Position numbers and translations under genes: made by a program. Under the pieces are notes generated by a model that saw only the letters and a program-made list of their open reading frames with translations, made no database searches and was not told the DNA's origin. A stretch of 64,000 bases of DNA from an uncultured virus (IMG/VR IMGVR_UViG_3300009507_000010) (lineage: Duplodnaviria > Heunggongvirae > Uroviricota > Caudoviricetes). Location: the IMG/VR virus record IMGVR_UViG_3300009507_000010; one strand, given 5' to 3'. Positions 10,884 to 20,485 of this stretch are shown one piece after another (the first letter of the stretch is position 1; the number at the start of each line of letters is the position of its first letter).

Positions 10884-11258
10884 ATGGGAAACATGACAAG
10901 AGCCTCGGCAAGAGATTACTTTACCGGAAATGCCGGGGCTCAGTTACGAGGATTTGACAAAACTATTAACTTTGCTGCTACAGTGTATGTTACAGGAAAC
11001 GTGGACGGTGGCCGTGCTGGAACTGCATATGGTAATAGACGTTATGAATACGTAAATGCACCTAACAGTGATTACAACGGAAATGTTTATCCAAATACTA
11101 CACAAGTAGATGCAACCCAATTAATTGATCAAGCACTTGATGCAATACAACGAACTTGCGATTTAATTGAAGGTCGTATTAGCAATAGTTACTTTGATTG
11201 GAGAATATGTCACGCAAGTTGTCATTATAGCTGCCACGGATCAAGAGGGAGAAGATAA
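10884..11258 (+). CDS. Putative RiPP-like precursor/substrate protein A (C-terminal CHASCHYSCHGSRGRR)
   Basis: 124 aa; starts 3 nt after the tail-fibre stop; triple C-H-x-S repeat at the C-terminus; upstream of a radical SAM array. Confidence 0.7.
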   Translation: MGNMTRASARDYFTGNAGAQLRGFDKTINFAATVYVTGNVDGGRAGTAYGNRRYEYVNAPNSDYNGNVYPNTTQVDATQLIDQALDAIQRTCDLIEGRISNSYFDWRICHASCHYSCHGSRGRR

Positions 11259-11430
11259 TGGCAGGATTAAGTCATGCACAATTAGAAGCTCGGTACTATG
11301 GTAATGCATATACAAGAATACGCACATTTGATAAAACTATTAACGTAGCAGCTACAGTATATTATGCGCGATATAATGGTAGTGGCCAAGGAACTGCATA
11401 TGGTAATAGACGTTATGAATACGTAAATGC
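11019..11430 (+). repeat. 41-bp identical direct repeat shared by the two precursor genes (11019-11059 and 11390-11430)
   Basis: GGAACTGCATATGGTAATAGACGTTATGAATACGTAAATGC occurs twice. Confidence 0.9.
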
Positions 11431-11641
11431 CGGGCAAGGTGCCTTTGCTAATACAGATATTCCAAATGGTGTAGGTGACAATTTATTAATAAGAGCAGGT
11501 GATATACAAACATTTGCTTCAAATGCAATCAGCAGAACAGTAAATGGCATAGAAGGAAGAATTACAAATTCGTATTTCGACTTTAGAATATGCCATTCAA
11601 GTTGCCATTATAGCTGCCACGGCAGCAGAGGGAGAAGATAA
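11258..11641 (+). CDS. Putative RiPP-like precursor/substrate protein B (C-terminal CHSSCHYSCHGSRGRR), paralog of A
   Basis: 127 aa; TAATG-coupled to A; shares FDKTINxAATVY, GTAYGNRRYEYVNA and IEGRIxNSYFDxRICHxSCHYSCHGSRGRR. Confidence 0.7.
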   Translation: MAGLSHAQLEARYYGNAYTRIRTFDKTINVAATVYYARYNGSGQGTAYGNRRYEYVNAGQGAFANTDIPNGVGDNLLIRAGDIQTFASNAISRTVNGIEGRITNSYFDFRICHSSCHYSCHGSRGRR

Positions 11642-12703
11642 ATGATAGGCGAAAGTTTTTACTATATCAGTAATAAAAAATACTTAGGACGATCTACTGC
11701 AATGCTTTCGGCATTATCAGAAAGTCCGTGGAGCGGAGTTCAATCAAGACGTATTAGCATAATAATGCCAGATGGACATAGTGCAGTGCAAGAAAGTTAT
11801 GCATCGTCGTTAAGTAATGATTATCCATTAGCAAACGCTGAAGATATGATAACATTTGCTAATTATAGCGATATTGATTCTTGGGAATATCTCAATAACA
11901 ATACTAAGGAATTTTTATTATTTGAATCAGCGCATGAGTTTTTGAAGATGTATGCAAAGTATACAGCTTCGCTATTAAAAACAACAACTAACAAAGATGT
12001 TAAACAAGTTGTTAAGGAATTTATTGTATTAGCAACTACTAGAGATGTAACATACTCGACAATGGGCGATTACAATGAAGGCGATATCAATGCAGCAGTA
12101 GAGGAAGTATTTGCAGAAAACGTATTCTATGATATTCCTAATGCAACCAGTAAGCACTGGGGTTACGATATTCTTTTCTTTATTAATGACAAGTACAATG
12201 AAAATGAAACCTATGCAGAAATTAATGTAACAACAACTGCATTTTTAAGAGAAAAGTTTACAGTACATAGTGATAAAATGATTCATGAAGTTATTAGTAT
12301 GTTACAATCTAAAATTGGTTATGTAAGTGTTATTAACAATATTATTGATTGGTTTAATAATAACGGAAATACAGAATGGAATAGAGCTGAGTTTGTGAAA
12401 GATGTATTTCAAAATACGAATCGCATGCAAGCACTATACAGATTACGTGACTTTTGGAACGATGTAGGTTCTAATAAAGAATTAATGACATTAATTGACG
12501 GGCATGACGAATGGGAATACGAAGAAGTATATAAAGAGTTTGCTAGAACTATTCCAATTGTCATACAAATTGCAGAGGGCGGATTTAATTTTGCAAATAA
12601 CGAAGCACTAAGAAGTGCATGGAGCGAGGTAGAGTTTTTCTATAAACGTAAAAGTCGTATTCCTTATTTGCTGTTTAAAATATTACCACTTGTACCGGAG
12701 TAA
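11642..12703 (+). CDS. Hypothetical protein in radical SAM cluster
   Basis: 353-aa ORF abutting precursor B; no motif recognised. Confidence 0.75.
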   Translation: MIGESFYYISNKKYLGRSTAMLSALSESPWSGVQSRRISIIMPDGHSAVQESYASSLSNDYPLANAEDMITFANYSDIDSWEYLNNNTKEFLLFESAHEFLKMYAKYTASLLKTTTNKDVKQVVKEFIVLATTRDVTYSTMGDYNEGDINAAVEEVFAENVFYDIPNATSKHWGYDILFFINDKYNENETYAEINVTTTAFLREKFTVHSDKMIHEVISMLQSKIGYVSVINNIIDWFNNNGNTEWNRAEFVKDVFQNTNRMQALYRLRDFWNDVGSNKELMTLIDGHDEWEYEEVYKEFARTIPIVIQIAEGGFNFANNEALRSAWSEVEFFYKRKSRIPYLLFKILPLVPE

Positions 12704-12705
12704 AA

Positions 12706-13413
12706 ATGACACAAGAAAATTACACACTGCCACTAAGTCCAACAGATTTAGCAGAAATATATAAAATAAAAACAAGCTCGGAAGATTACGTTCTCAAGGT
12801 TGATTATTTTAAAAGTAAGGAAGTACTGTCAGTAAAACATATACTCGTATATATTGCTAACACTAACTTTAAAGTACAGTTTGAAGGCATTGACGATGAA
12901 TTAATAAATGAATATATAATTTCTAATTTTATGGTTGATTGTCCGTTACTTTCTAGATACATTACGTTAATTGCTAAACGTAAACTAGGACAGGAATATA
13001 ATCAAGTTGACCAAGCATTAAATACTATAATGTCTGATGCTGACATTGATTCATATTTAGAAAAGAATGGCGAATTATTTGACGACTTGTTAGATAAACT
13101 AAAACATGTTACACTGTTTTGTTTAGATCAAGCTGGCAAATATGCCGACAAGTACAAAGAATTTATACCAGAAGAGATTGAACGTGCAGATGAAGAAACT
13201 CAAATTGGACTAAATATTGTATATATTGCAACATACTCGTTGGACTTGTTGTATTTGTTAGGTAATAAATTTGGTCCGTGGCCTACTAATAAATTAAATG
13301 TTAGAGTGTTTAATGATGTTAGTAAGTATCAAGGAGCAGACCTATATAATACATTACTAAAATATGGTGTTGCAACTAGTATGTTAGAATTATTTGACGA
13401 GGAATCAGCATAA
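12706..13413 (+). CDS. Hypothetical protein in radical SAM cluster
   Basis: 235-aa ORF; stop overlaps the start of the first radical SAM gene; no motif recognised. Confidence 0.75.
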   Translation: MTQENYTLPLSPTDLAEIYKIKTSSEDYVLKVDYFKSKEVLSVKHILVYIANTNFKVQFEGIDDELINEYIISNFMVDCPLLSRYITLIAKRKLGQEYNQVDQALNTIMSDADIDSYLEKNGELFDDLLDKLKHVTLFCLDQAGKYADKYKEFIPEEIERADEETQIGLNIVYIATYSLDLLYLLGNKFGPWPTNKLNVRVFNDVSKYQGADLYNTLLKYGVATSMLELFDEESA

Positions 13414-14594
13414 TGACAATGCAACAATCATATTGTAAACAGATGAAGTATAGTGGGCCAGAAAGTCTACCTCCTTCACACGCCCAGAAGTTTGACGTAT
13501 TAATTAACTTTGAAGGCCTTACTGGCTGCGAATATGGTTGTTTAGGATGTTTTGTTAACAAGAATCAAGACGTTACTACAATGAATCAAATGCTAACAAC
13601 TGCAAAAGAACTTGCAGATGGTGTAAAGCGTACAGGTTTAAACTTACGTGAGTTTGTTGTAGGTCCGACAGATTTATTCTCTGCGTCAAATACTGATAGC
13701 ATTCTTAATAATACTATTATACAAGATATAATGCGCGAACACACTAATGCACGTATTGCTACACCTAGTAAGATAGACGGCGTGAGCATGGAAAGGTTGC
13801 GAGAAGTATTTGCAATACTTGATGATCCTTCTAAGTATAGAGACGAAATGATCATTGAGTTTATTATGCCAGTTGGCGATGTTGATCGTATACTAAATGA
13901 CGAAGAATACTTTAAAGATATTAAATCAAAATTAGAATTCTTTAAATCCGAAACTCCCAAGAAAATTGACTGGAGTTGGACATTACAAGCAAGTAATGTT
14001 ATGCAAAAACATCTAACTAAAGAAAACTACAATAAACTGCTATATAAGATTCTTGATGAATATGAAACTATTCTAGAAATGAACCCAGCGTTCTCTAGAG
14101 CACCGAGTGTATTGCACCAGCGTAAGAACTTAGTAGCATGGAATAACTTCCTAAAAGAAGTAGTAGATCAAGACAATTTTAAAGACGTTACAATGAGTAT
14201 GGCTAACTTATATTGTAACTCCATGAACTTCATAGGGTTAACTGTTGTTCCTGGATTAGAGACGCCACGTGTATTTTTAAATGTAATGTTACACGAACAA
14301 GCATTCTTTACACAGCATAGGGATTTAGAAGTAACAGGACTAAGTTTTGAAGAAATTCTAGTCAAGAGGGATCACTTAATAGCACAAGGGTTAGCTAAGT
14401 CGTCTAAAGTTAAGGATTGTGCAGATTGCAAATATGCAGTAGCATGTGCAAACAGACTAATATTCCAAGCACAAGATGCAATGAACATGCACGAATGTTT
14501 AATGCCGCTAGAAGTATTAGAACTGTATAATCCGTTTGTTACTAGTAACGAACAGTGGAACGACGATGCTTTAAAAATCGTCAATGCTCGTTAA
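13413..14594 (+). CDS. Radical SAM protein (GPTD-type paralog 1) with C-terminal Cys cluster
   Basis: CEYGCLGCF (CxxxCxxC); VVGPTDLF; C-terminal CADCKYAVAC...C. Confidence 0.85.
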   Translation: MTMQQSYCKQMKYSGPESLPPSHAQKFDVLINFEGLTGCEYGCLGCFVNKNQDVTTMNQMLTTAKELADGVKRTGLNLREFVVGPTDLFSASNTDSILNNTIIQDIMREHTNARIATPSKIDGVSMERLREVFAILDDPSKYRDEMIIEFIMPVGDVDRILNDEEYFKDIKSKLEFFKSETPKKIDWSWTLQASNVMQKHLTKENYNKLLYKILDEYETILEMNPAFSRAPSVLHQRKNLVAWNNFLKEVVDQDNFKDVTMSMANLYCNSMNFIGLTVVPGLETPRVFLNVMLHEQAFFTQHRDLEVTGLSFEEILVKRDHLIAQGLAKSSKVKDCADCKYAVACANRLIFQAQDAMNMHECLMPLEVLELYNPFVTSNEQWNDDALKIVNAR

Positions 14595-15612
14595 CCTAAA
14601 CTCAACTCCTACAGGATTTAACAATTATATAGAAGGCATAAGCCCTAAGGATAATAACTTTCTTAGGACAGAAGTTCATGCTGATATATTACATGGATGC
14701 AGTCAAAAGTGTCCAGGGTGTTTCATTCCTAGAAAAAATCTTACTAATGCTGATCATCTTACAACACTATGCGATATATTGGAATCTAGTGCATATACAC
14801 CTGATGATGTTGTAATAGGTCCTACTGATATATTTGATGCTGAAAACTTTTGGGACTTAATGGACCATCCTAGTATGAAACGTTTATACAGTATTGCAGC
14901 ACTAAGTTTTAACTCAACACTACTACAGGACTACGACACTGTACTTGCCAAACACACTAAGATTTGGAGTCTTTACGAAGGATTGGATCGTACGCCTGAT
15001 ATAGATTTTAAAATAGTACTTGATATTACTAGATATTTACAAGGCGATATTGAAGACATGTGTCGCAAACTAGAACTTTTTAAACAAGGTAGTGTACAGT
15101 TTAGAGTAAACTATTACCCGGGTATATTTGATCGTGTGAGCTATAATGATTTATGTGATATGATTAAAGAAGACTTCAATGCTCCAGTAGTTATATTGCC
15201 AGGTTTCTTAACAGACAGAAATAGTCGAGGTAAAGTTAGTAAATTACTTCCGATGTTTTTAGACGAGCTACGTAAACAAGATATAAGACCCGAATACAAA
15301 CAGTTATACACGATGTTTGATGCAAACTTTAATAGTCACGGATGTACCAATTATAGTTTTTACAACGGCAGCTTGTATATGAATCCATTTGTGTTTGACG
15401 GAATATTGCAGCGTACACAAGAATTTAAAGTAGACAATCTTAATACTAAAAACTTTTTAGCTGAAAATTTATCATATGCAGCATCTACTAAAGAATGTGA
15501 AAGTTGCGAATACTTAATGAGCTGTGCAGAGCGCAATGTATTGTTCTATATGAAGTCGAGAAATTTAACAGAGTGTGTTACAGTAAAGGAGTATACAAAT
15601 GCCGGTCATTAA
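14584..15612 (+). CDS. Radical SAM protein (GPTD-type paralog 2)
   Basis: CSQKCPGCF; VIGPTDIF; C-terminal CESCEYLMSC...C. Confidence 0.85.
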   Translation: MLVNLNSTPTGFNNYIEGISPKDNNFLRTEVHADILHGCSQKCPGCFIPRKNLTNADHLTTLCDILESSAYTPDDVVIGPTDIFDAENFWDLMDHPSMKRLYSIAALSFNSTLLQDYDTVLAKHTKIWSLYEGLDRTPDIDFKIVLDITRYLQGDIEDMCRKLELFKQGSVQFRVNYYPGIFDRVSYNDLCDMIKEDFNAPVVILPGFLTDRNSRGKVSKLLPMFLDELRKQDIRPEYKQLYTMFDANFNSHGCTNYSFYNGSLYMNPFVFDGILQRTQEFKVDNLNTKNFLAENLSYAASTKECESCEYLMSCAERNVLFYMKSRNLTECVTVKEYTNAGH

Positions 15613-16780
15613 AAATAACTTGTATTATGAGCTTACTACAGAAACGCAAACTAAGCCAGTAAGTGCAGTAAAAATACAGCTTGATGTGTTAGACGGGTGT
15701 GTACACGCTTGCCCCGGGTGTTTTGTACATCGTAGAGGAAATGCACCTGAAGTTGATCATTTAAAAGATTGCCGAAACTTTGTAAAACGAATTACAGATG
15801 TAGGTGTTTTAGTTGACGAAATACTCATAGGCCCAACTGACTGTTTATCTAGTGAAAACTTTTATGAAGTAATGAGCAATACTGATTTGTTAGCAATGAT
15901 AAATGAAAACTCTCCTATACTTGCTTTTACTACTACATTTTTAGAAAAGGATCTAACACATTTAGATCGTTGGATTACGTTTTTACATGACAATGTGAAT
16001 ACTGACACTGAAATAGAAATTGGCATAGCAACTGATCCTATGCGATATAAAGATATACTTTATATACAGCAATTAAAACGCTGTATTGCATATGTCGACC
16101 AGCATTTAAAACATGAATGTACATATACGTTTATTGTTAATATTAGAAACTATGACCTAGACTACGAGCAAATACATGATTTTGTAGTGAAGCAATTTGA
16201 TACAACAATTGACTTTATTCCAAGTGTAAGTCGCAGTCATAAAGCAAGTATCATACTACCTACACTAAATCAATTCAATGAATTTTTTGAAGCATTACCA
16301 GAAGATACTCATTTAAATAATATTATGGTAGATCACACACATGCTGGGCATAATTATACCGTATTAAATTTTAAAGGAGGACAGTGGTATCTAAGTCCGT
16401 TCCTTTATGAAAATATGGCATTGTATGATAATATGTTTGCAGTAAACAATCTAGACGAAGCATATGATCTTACTGTGTCACAAGTAGATCGAGCTAAAGG
16501 AACAGTGTGCGAAAACTGTGATTTATTTTTTAGTTGCTACAATAGAAAAATTATTTTATTACGTGACTACTTGGGTACTAAAGAGTGTATAGCGCCTAAG
16601 CAAAATATGTTAAAAAATATACATAACTATAATAAAAGTGCTGCTGAAATGTATGACTGGACAGGATATACTGTTGAGGGTGATAAGCAAGGATATCGTA
16701 AAAAATTCTTAATAACTAAAGACGGCGATGAAAGATTAGATGAAATAAAAAAGGTGTATCATGTCAATCGTAAAGGATAA
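15599..16780 (+). CDS. Radical SAM protein (GPTD-type paralog 3)
   Basis: CVHACPGCF; LIGPTDCL; C-terminal CENCDLFFSC...C. Confidence 0.85.
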   Translation: MPVIKNNLYYELTTETQTKPVSAVKIQLDVLDGCVHACPGCFVHRRGNAPEVDHLKDCRNFVKRITDVGVLVDEILIGPTDCLSSENFYEVMSNTDLLAMINENSPILAFTTTFLEKDLTHLDRWITFLHDNVNTDTEIEIGIATDPMRYKDILYIQQLKRCIAYVDQHLKHECTYTFIVNIRNYDLDYEQIHDFVVKQFDTTIDFIPSVSRSHKASIILPTLNQFNEFFEALPEDTHLNNIMVDHTHAGHNYTVLNFKGGQWYLSPFLYENMALYDNMFAVNNLDEAYDLTVSQVDRAKGTVCENCDLFFSCYNRKIILLRDYLGTKECIAPKQNMLKNIHNYNKSAAEMYDWTGYTVEGDKQGYRKKFLITKDGDERLDEIKKVYHVNRKG

Positions 16781-17855
16781 TTATTGGGAAGCAACAATGG
16801 GTCATAAAGACTATAATATCAGTGTAGGTGATGCACATGATATAAAAGTAAACATGACAGTTGACGTCCTTGACGGGTGCATACATGCTTGTGAAGGATG
16901 CTTTGTTAATCGCAGAAGACAGCAAGCATCTAATGATCAGTTTTCCAAAGTACTAGCTGCACAAAAAATGTTTAATCAAAATAACATTCGATTTAGCAGC
17001 ATAATACTTGGTCCTACTGATGTCTTTGGTAATTTAAATATACAGGACGTTTTAAAATTTGATAGTTTTAAAGAAGTAGTAAGTAACTGCACCACTGTCG
17101 GAATGATTAGTACACTGCTTAACGATGATACTCATATCAATCCTATAATAGATGGCTTCAACGCTATACCTAAATGTGAAGGTTTCTTATATGACTTTCA
17201 AGTAGTTATTGATGTTAAACGAGCACTTGATCCAGAATATAGAAAGAATCACTTAGCACGTATACATGATGTTTTAAATAGATTTACTGATCCCTTAAAC
17301 TTTACTATAATTTTTAATATGGATCAAGACTTTGCTGAGTTTGGAAATCTAGCAGAAATATGTCGTGTAATAAAAGAAGAGTACGACACTATTGTAGAGC
17401 CTATTCCTAGTTATCAGCGTTATGGTAAAGGAAAAATACACAACGATATTATTAGGGCGTGGGTTGATATAATAGAAGACACGTTCACTAAAGAAAATCA
17501 AGAATACCTAGCCATGACAATAGCTGACAAAAATCAAGGTGGCGCACTTGAATTAAATTATACATATAGTGCAGGAGAATTTTATTCAACTCCGTTTGTT
17601 TATGAAGTTGCACTTATACGTGACGAAAAGTTTAGAGTAAAAGATCCAACAGATATTAAAAGTTGGACTAGCTTAAAAACAGACTTGTATATAGATCAGC
17701 TTGCGTATTCCCCTAAAACGCTGCATTGTGAAACATGCAATCGTCGTGAAATATGTTTGAAAAAACACGTATTAAGTTATATGGAGCATTTTGACTTTAC
17801 GGAGTGTGTGTATCCTAGAGAAGTATTAAATGAATATAGGCCGTTAACATGTTAA
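16761..17855 (+). CDS. Radical SAM protein (GPTD-type paralog 4)
   Basis: CIHACEGCF; ILGPTDVF; C-terminal CETCNRREIC...C. Confidence 0.85.
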   Translation: MSIVKDNYWEATMGHKDYNISVGDAHDIKVNMTVDVLDGCIHACEGCFVNRRRQQASNDQFSKVLAAQKMFNQNNIRFSSIILGPTDVFGNLNIQDVLKFDSFKEVVSNCTTVGMISTLLNDDTHINPIIDGFNAIPKCEGFLYDFQVVIDVKRALDPEYRKNHLARIHDVLNRFTDPLNFTIIFNMDQDFAEFGNLAEICRVIKEEYDTIVEPIPSYQRYGKGKIHNDIIRAWVDIIEDTFTKENQEYLAMTIADKNQGGALELNYTYSAGEFYSTPFVYEVALIRDEKFRVKDPTDIKSWTSLKTDLYIDQLAYSPKTLHCETCNRREICLKKHVLSYMEHFDFTECVYPREVLNEYRPLTC

Positions 17856-18976
17856 AAAATGATTGGCAAACTTATCTGCAAAATAATAAACAATCTCTTT
17901 CACCAGAGGGGTTTATAGATCCTGCTGATCAAAACAAGATAAAAATTCAGTTAATGCTTGAAATATTAGAAGGTTGTGCTTACAACTGTTCGGGCTGTTT
18001 TGTTAAAAGACGAAAAAACTTTGGACAGGGATTAGGGCTAGACTATGCTGCACAACTTGTTGACGAGTTAACTGATCAATATGTATTAGATGATATTATT
18101 GTAGGACCTACTGATTTCTTCTCCAGCGGAAATATAATACAAGTCTTAGAAGATCCTAGATTTAAAAAGATAGTAAACGCATTACCCGAAGACGGCGGAC
18201 TACAGCATAACTGTTCAATAGACTTTTTTATAGGAAATGATCGAGTAAAAGAAATTATTACTTATATTGAAAATAGCTATCTAAAGGATCGTCCGTTTGA
18301 TGTACAAATTGCAGTAGACTTGCATATGTTAGATAATCCACATGTACACGATTTAATAAGTGAACGCCTAGAAGCTATGGAAAATAGTTCTGTAGAATAT
18401 GAAGTAAGCCTGCTGTGTAATATAACTCAAGACATTGACGACGATGTATTAGACAAAATTGAAACTGTTAGAAACAAGTGGAATACTGTTGTTGAATGGG
18501 GGCCTAGTTTAGTACGTGCCATGACAAATAGGCCTGATAAAATGTTAGGTATGATACAAGGATGGAATGAAAGTATAGGAAAGGTTGCTAGCATAGATGA
18601 AAAGCGTTTTACACAAAACTTTATATGGCAACAGAGCGATACTAGTCATAAAAACTTTAATGAAGTAATTGTTACAGTTAATAATGACCAGTTATATATA
18701 GTTCCGTTTTTATATGAAAATTCTCCTATATATCATCCTAGTTTCGAAGTACCGATAGGCGAAAATATATTAAACAGTATTTTTGATAAAAGGCACGAAT
18801 TGCAATTAACACAATATGCTAACATTCCTAACTTAGTATGCAACGGATGTAAGTATGTAGAAAATTGTAGCTCTAGATTAATACCAACGCTAATCACAGA
18901 TGTAGTTAAGCATAACCAGTGTCTAATAAATAAAAACATAATGGCATTATACGACAATATAGGATATAATAAATGA
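17849..18976 (+). CDS. Radical SAM protein (GPTD-type paralog 5)
   Basis: CAYNCSGCF; IVGPTDFF; C-terminal CNGCKYVENC...C. Confidence 0.85.
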   Translation: MLKNDWQTYLQNNKQSLSPEGFIDPADQNKIKIQLMLEILEGCAYNCSGCFVKRRKNFGQGLGLDYAAQLVDELTDQYVLDDIIVGPTDFFSSGNIIQVLEDPRFKKIVNALPEDGGLQHNCSIDFFIGNDRVKEIITYIENSYLKDRPFDVQIAVDLHMLDNPHVHDLISERLEAMENSSVEYEVSLLCNITQDIDDDVLDKIETVRNKWNTVVEWGPSLVRAMTNRPDKMLGMIQGWNESIGKVASIDEKRFTQNFIWQQSDTSHKNFNEVIVTVNNDQLYIVPFLYENSPIYHPSFEVPIGENILNSIFDKRHELQLTQYANIPNLVCNGCKYVENCSSRLIPTLITDVVKHNQCLINKNIMALYDNIGYNK

Positions 18977-20181
18977 GCTGCGGAACAGAAATACTAAAAG
19001 CATTAATGCCGGATAACATTACTGATGATCACTTGTTGGACACAAAGGCACAGCAAGAAGCAAATGCAGTAACACACGCAATATTAGAGCGTAAGCGTCC
19101 TCTTATTGGCGAAATTGAAATAACACTTTTTGAAAACTGTCCTATTAATTGCGACTTTTGCTTCCATGATAAAGAAAGCGAAGTAGGCATGACATATGAA
19201 GAAATGCTAATGAAACTTCCTCTGGTAGAAGCACACTGTAAAAAGATGCAGGGCAAAGTACATGCTATGCAGTTTAATATGGTAGGTGGAGAGCTGTTTC
19301 AAGACCGTGCAAAAGATACACTGTATCCTATGTTTTTTGATTTAATGGTAGAAATTAAAAAAATAACAGATAGGTACGGACACGTTATACAAGTAGTTTG
19401 GGTTAGTAACTTTTTGTTTAAGTATCACGAAGATGTACGCAAACTGCTAGACGATCTAAATGCAGTAGACATACCAAGTAAACTGATTGCTAGTTATGAT
19501 CTAAGTGGACGTCCTACAGGCGGACAATACACTAAAAATATCGAACGTTTTAAAGATTATATTTCTACTATCAATTTAGTAGCAACAACAGACAGTATCA
19601 ATGCATTGTTTGCAGGAGATGATTATTTCAATTATCTATATGAAAACTTTGATTTGTTCTTTGATGATTTTATTCCAGATCCGGGATACGACCATTTAGT
19701 ACCAGCTGATTCGCTTTACTTAAAGTTTATGAAATACATTGCTGATAATTATCCAGAAGTAAATCCGTATAAAGAACTTATAGAAAATGATGTTAATCAA
19801 ATGCATTGTATGAGCTTAAACAAGTTAACTATTTTTCCGGATAACACAACTGCAAATTGCCGTTGGCATCGTTATACACGCAATGATTTTCAACACGCAT
19901 ATATTAGAAAAGACAACACTAACCTCATGCAAGCATACATGGACGAAGTTGGTTGTTTAAGTTGTCAATATTTTGATCGTTGCGGCTTCCGTTGTTATAC
20001 GCAATGGGACTGGAAGAATCGTGCTAGGGATTTACCACCTGGCATTTGTCCTATAAAAGAGTTCTTTAATTATGTAGGGGATACTGATCAAACATCATCT
20101 CTTCCTCATAATAAGACCTTACGTCGGGCACCATTCCCGTCTGAGATGAAGGATCAGGAAGGCTTATATGGTCGAGAATAG
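18973..20181 (+). CDS. Radical SAM/SPASM-like protein
   Basis: CPINCDFCFH; MVGGELF; C-terminal CMS...NC...CLSCQYFDRCGFRC...C. Confidence 0.9.
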   Translation: MSCGTEILKALMPDNITDDHLLDTKAQQEANAVTHAILERKRPLIGEIEITLFENCPINCDFCFHDKESEVGMTYEEMLMKLPLVEAHCKKMQGKVHAMQFNMVGGELFQDRAKDTLYPMFFDLMVEIKKITDRYGHVIQVVWVSNFLFKYHEDVRKLLDDLNAVDIPSKLIASYDLSGRPTGGQYTKNIERFKDYISTINLVATTDSINALFAGDDYFNYLYENFDLFFDDFIPDPGYDHLVPADSLYLKFMKYIADNYPEVNPYKELIENDVNQMHCMSLNKLTIFPDNTTANCRWHRYTRNDFQHAYIRKDNTNLMQAYMDEVGCLSCQYFDRCGFRCYTQWDWKNRARDLPPGICPIKEFFNYVGDTDQTSSLPHNKTLRRAPFPSEMKDQEGLYGRE

Positions 20182-20485
20182 CATTGTAAGTTTCTTTATC
20201 TTCGCTATAGGGTTTAAAGTACGGATCATTGCCGGCTAATAAATCTTTATCATCTAGTAGCTCGTAGAAATCGTATTTAAAATCTAAACTTATCCAATAA
20301 GCATAACAGATTGCTACGAAATAACTTTTAGCAGGATACACCCATTCGTCTACACGTTCGTAGAAATGTTTCACTGCCCAAATAACACTGTCTTCTTCTG
20401 TACGAATGTCGACTTTGTTTAAGTCGTCAGTAAATTCTGTTGCAGTACTATTAAATAGTTGTAATCTAGTCTTCCAGTTCAGCAT
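20066..20485 (-). CDS. Hypothetical acidic/aromatic protein, last gene of the minus-strand arm of the cluster
   Basis: 139-aa ORF overlapping the upstream radical SAM stop; composition typical of a real protein. Confidence 0.65.
   Translation of the reverse strand: MLNWKTRLQLFNSTATEFTDDLNKVDIRTEEDSVIWAVKHFYERVDEWVYPAKSYFVAICYAYWISLDFKYDFYELLDDKDLLAGNDPYFKPYSEDKETYNAILDHISLPDPSSQTGMVPDVRSYYEEEMMFDQYPLHN

Noticed and set aside
11019..11430. Duplicated sequence near a tail fibre as a diversity-generating retroelement TR/VR pair
   Set aside because: No reverse transcriptase in the window and no adenine-specific mismatches; both copies lie in intact paralogous genes.
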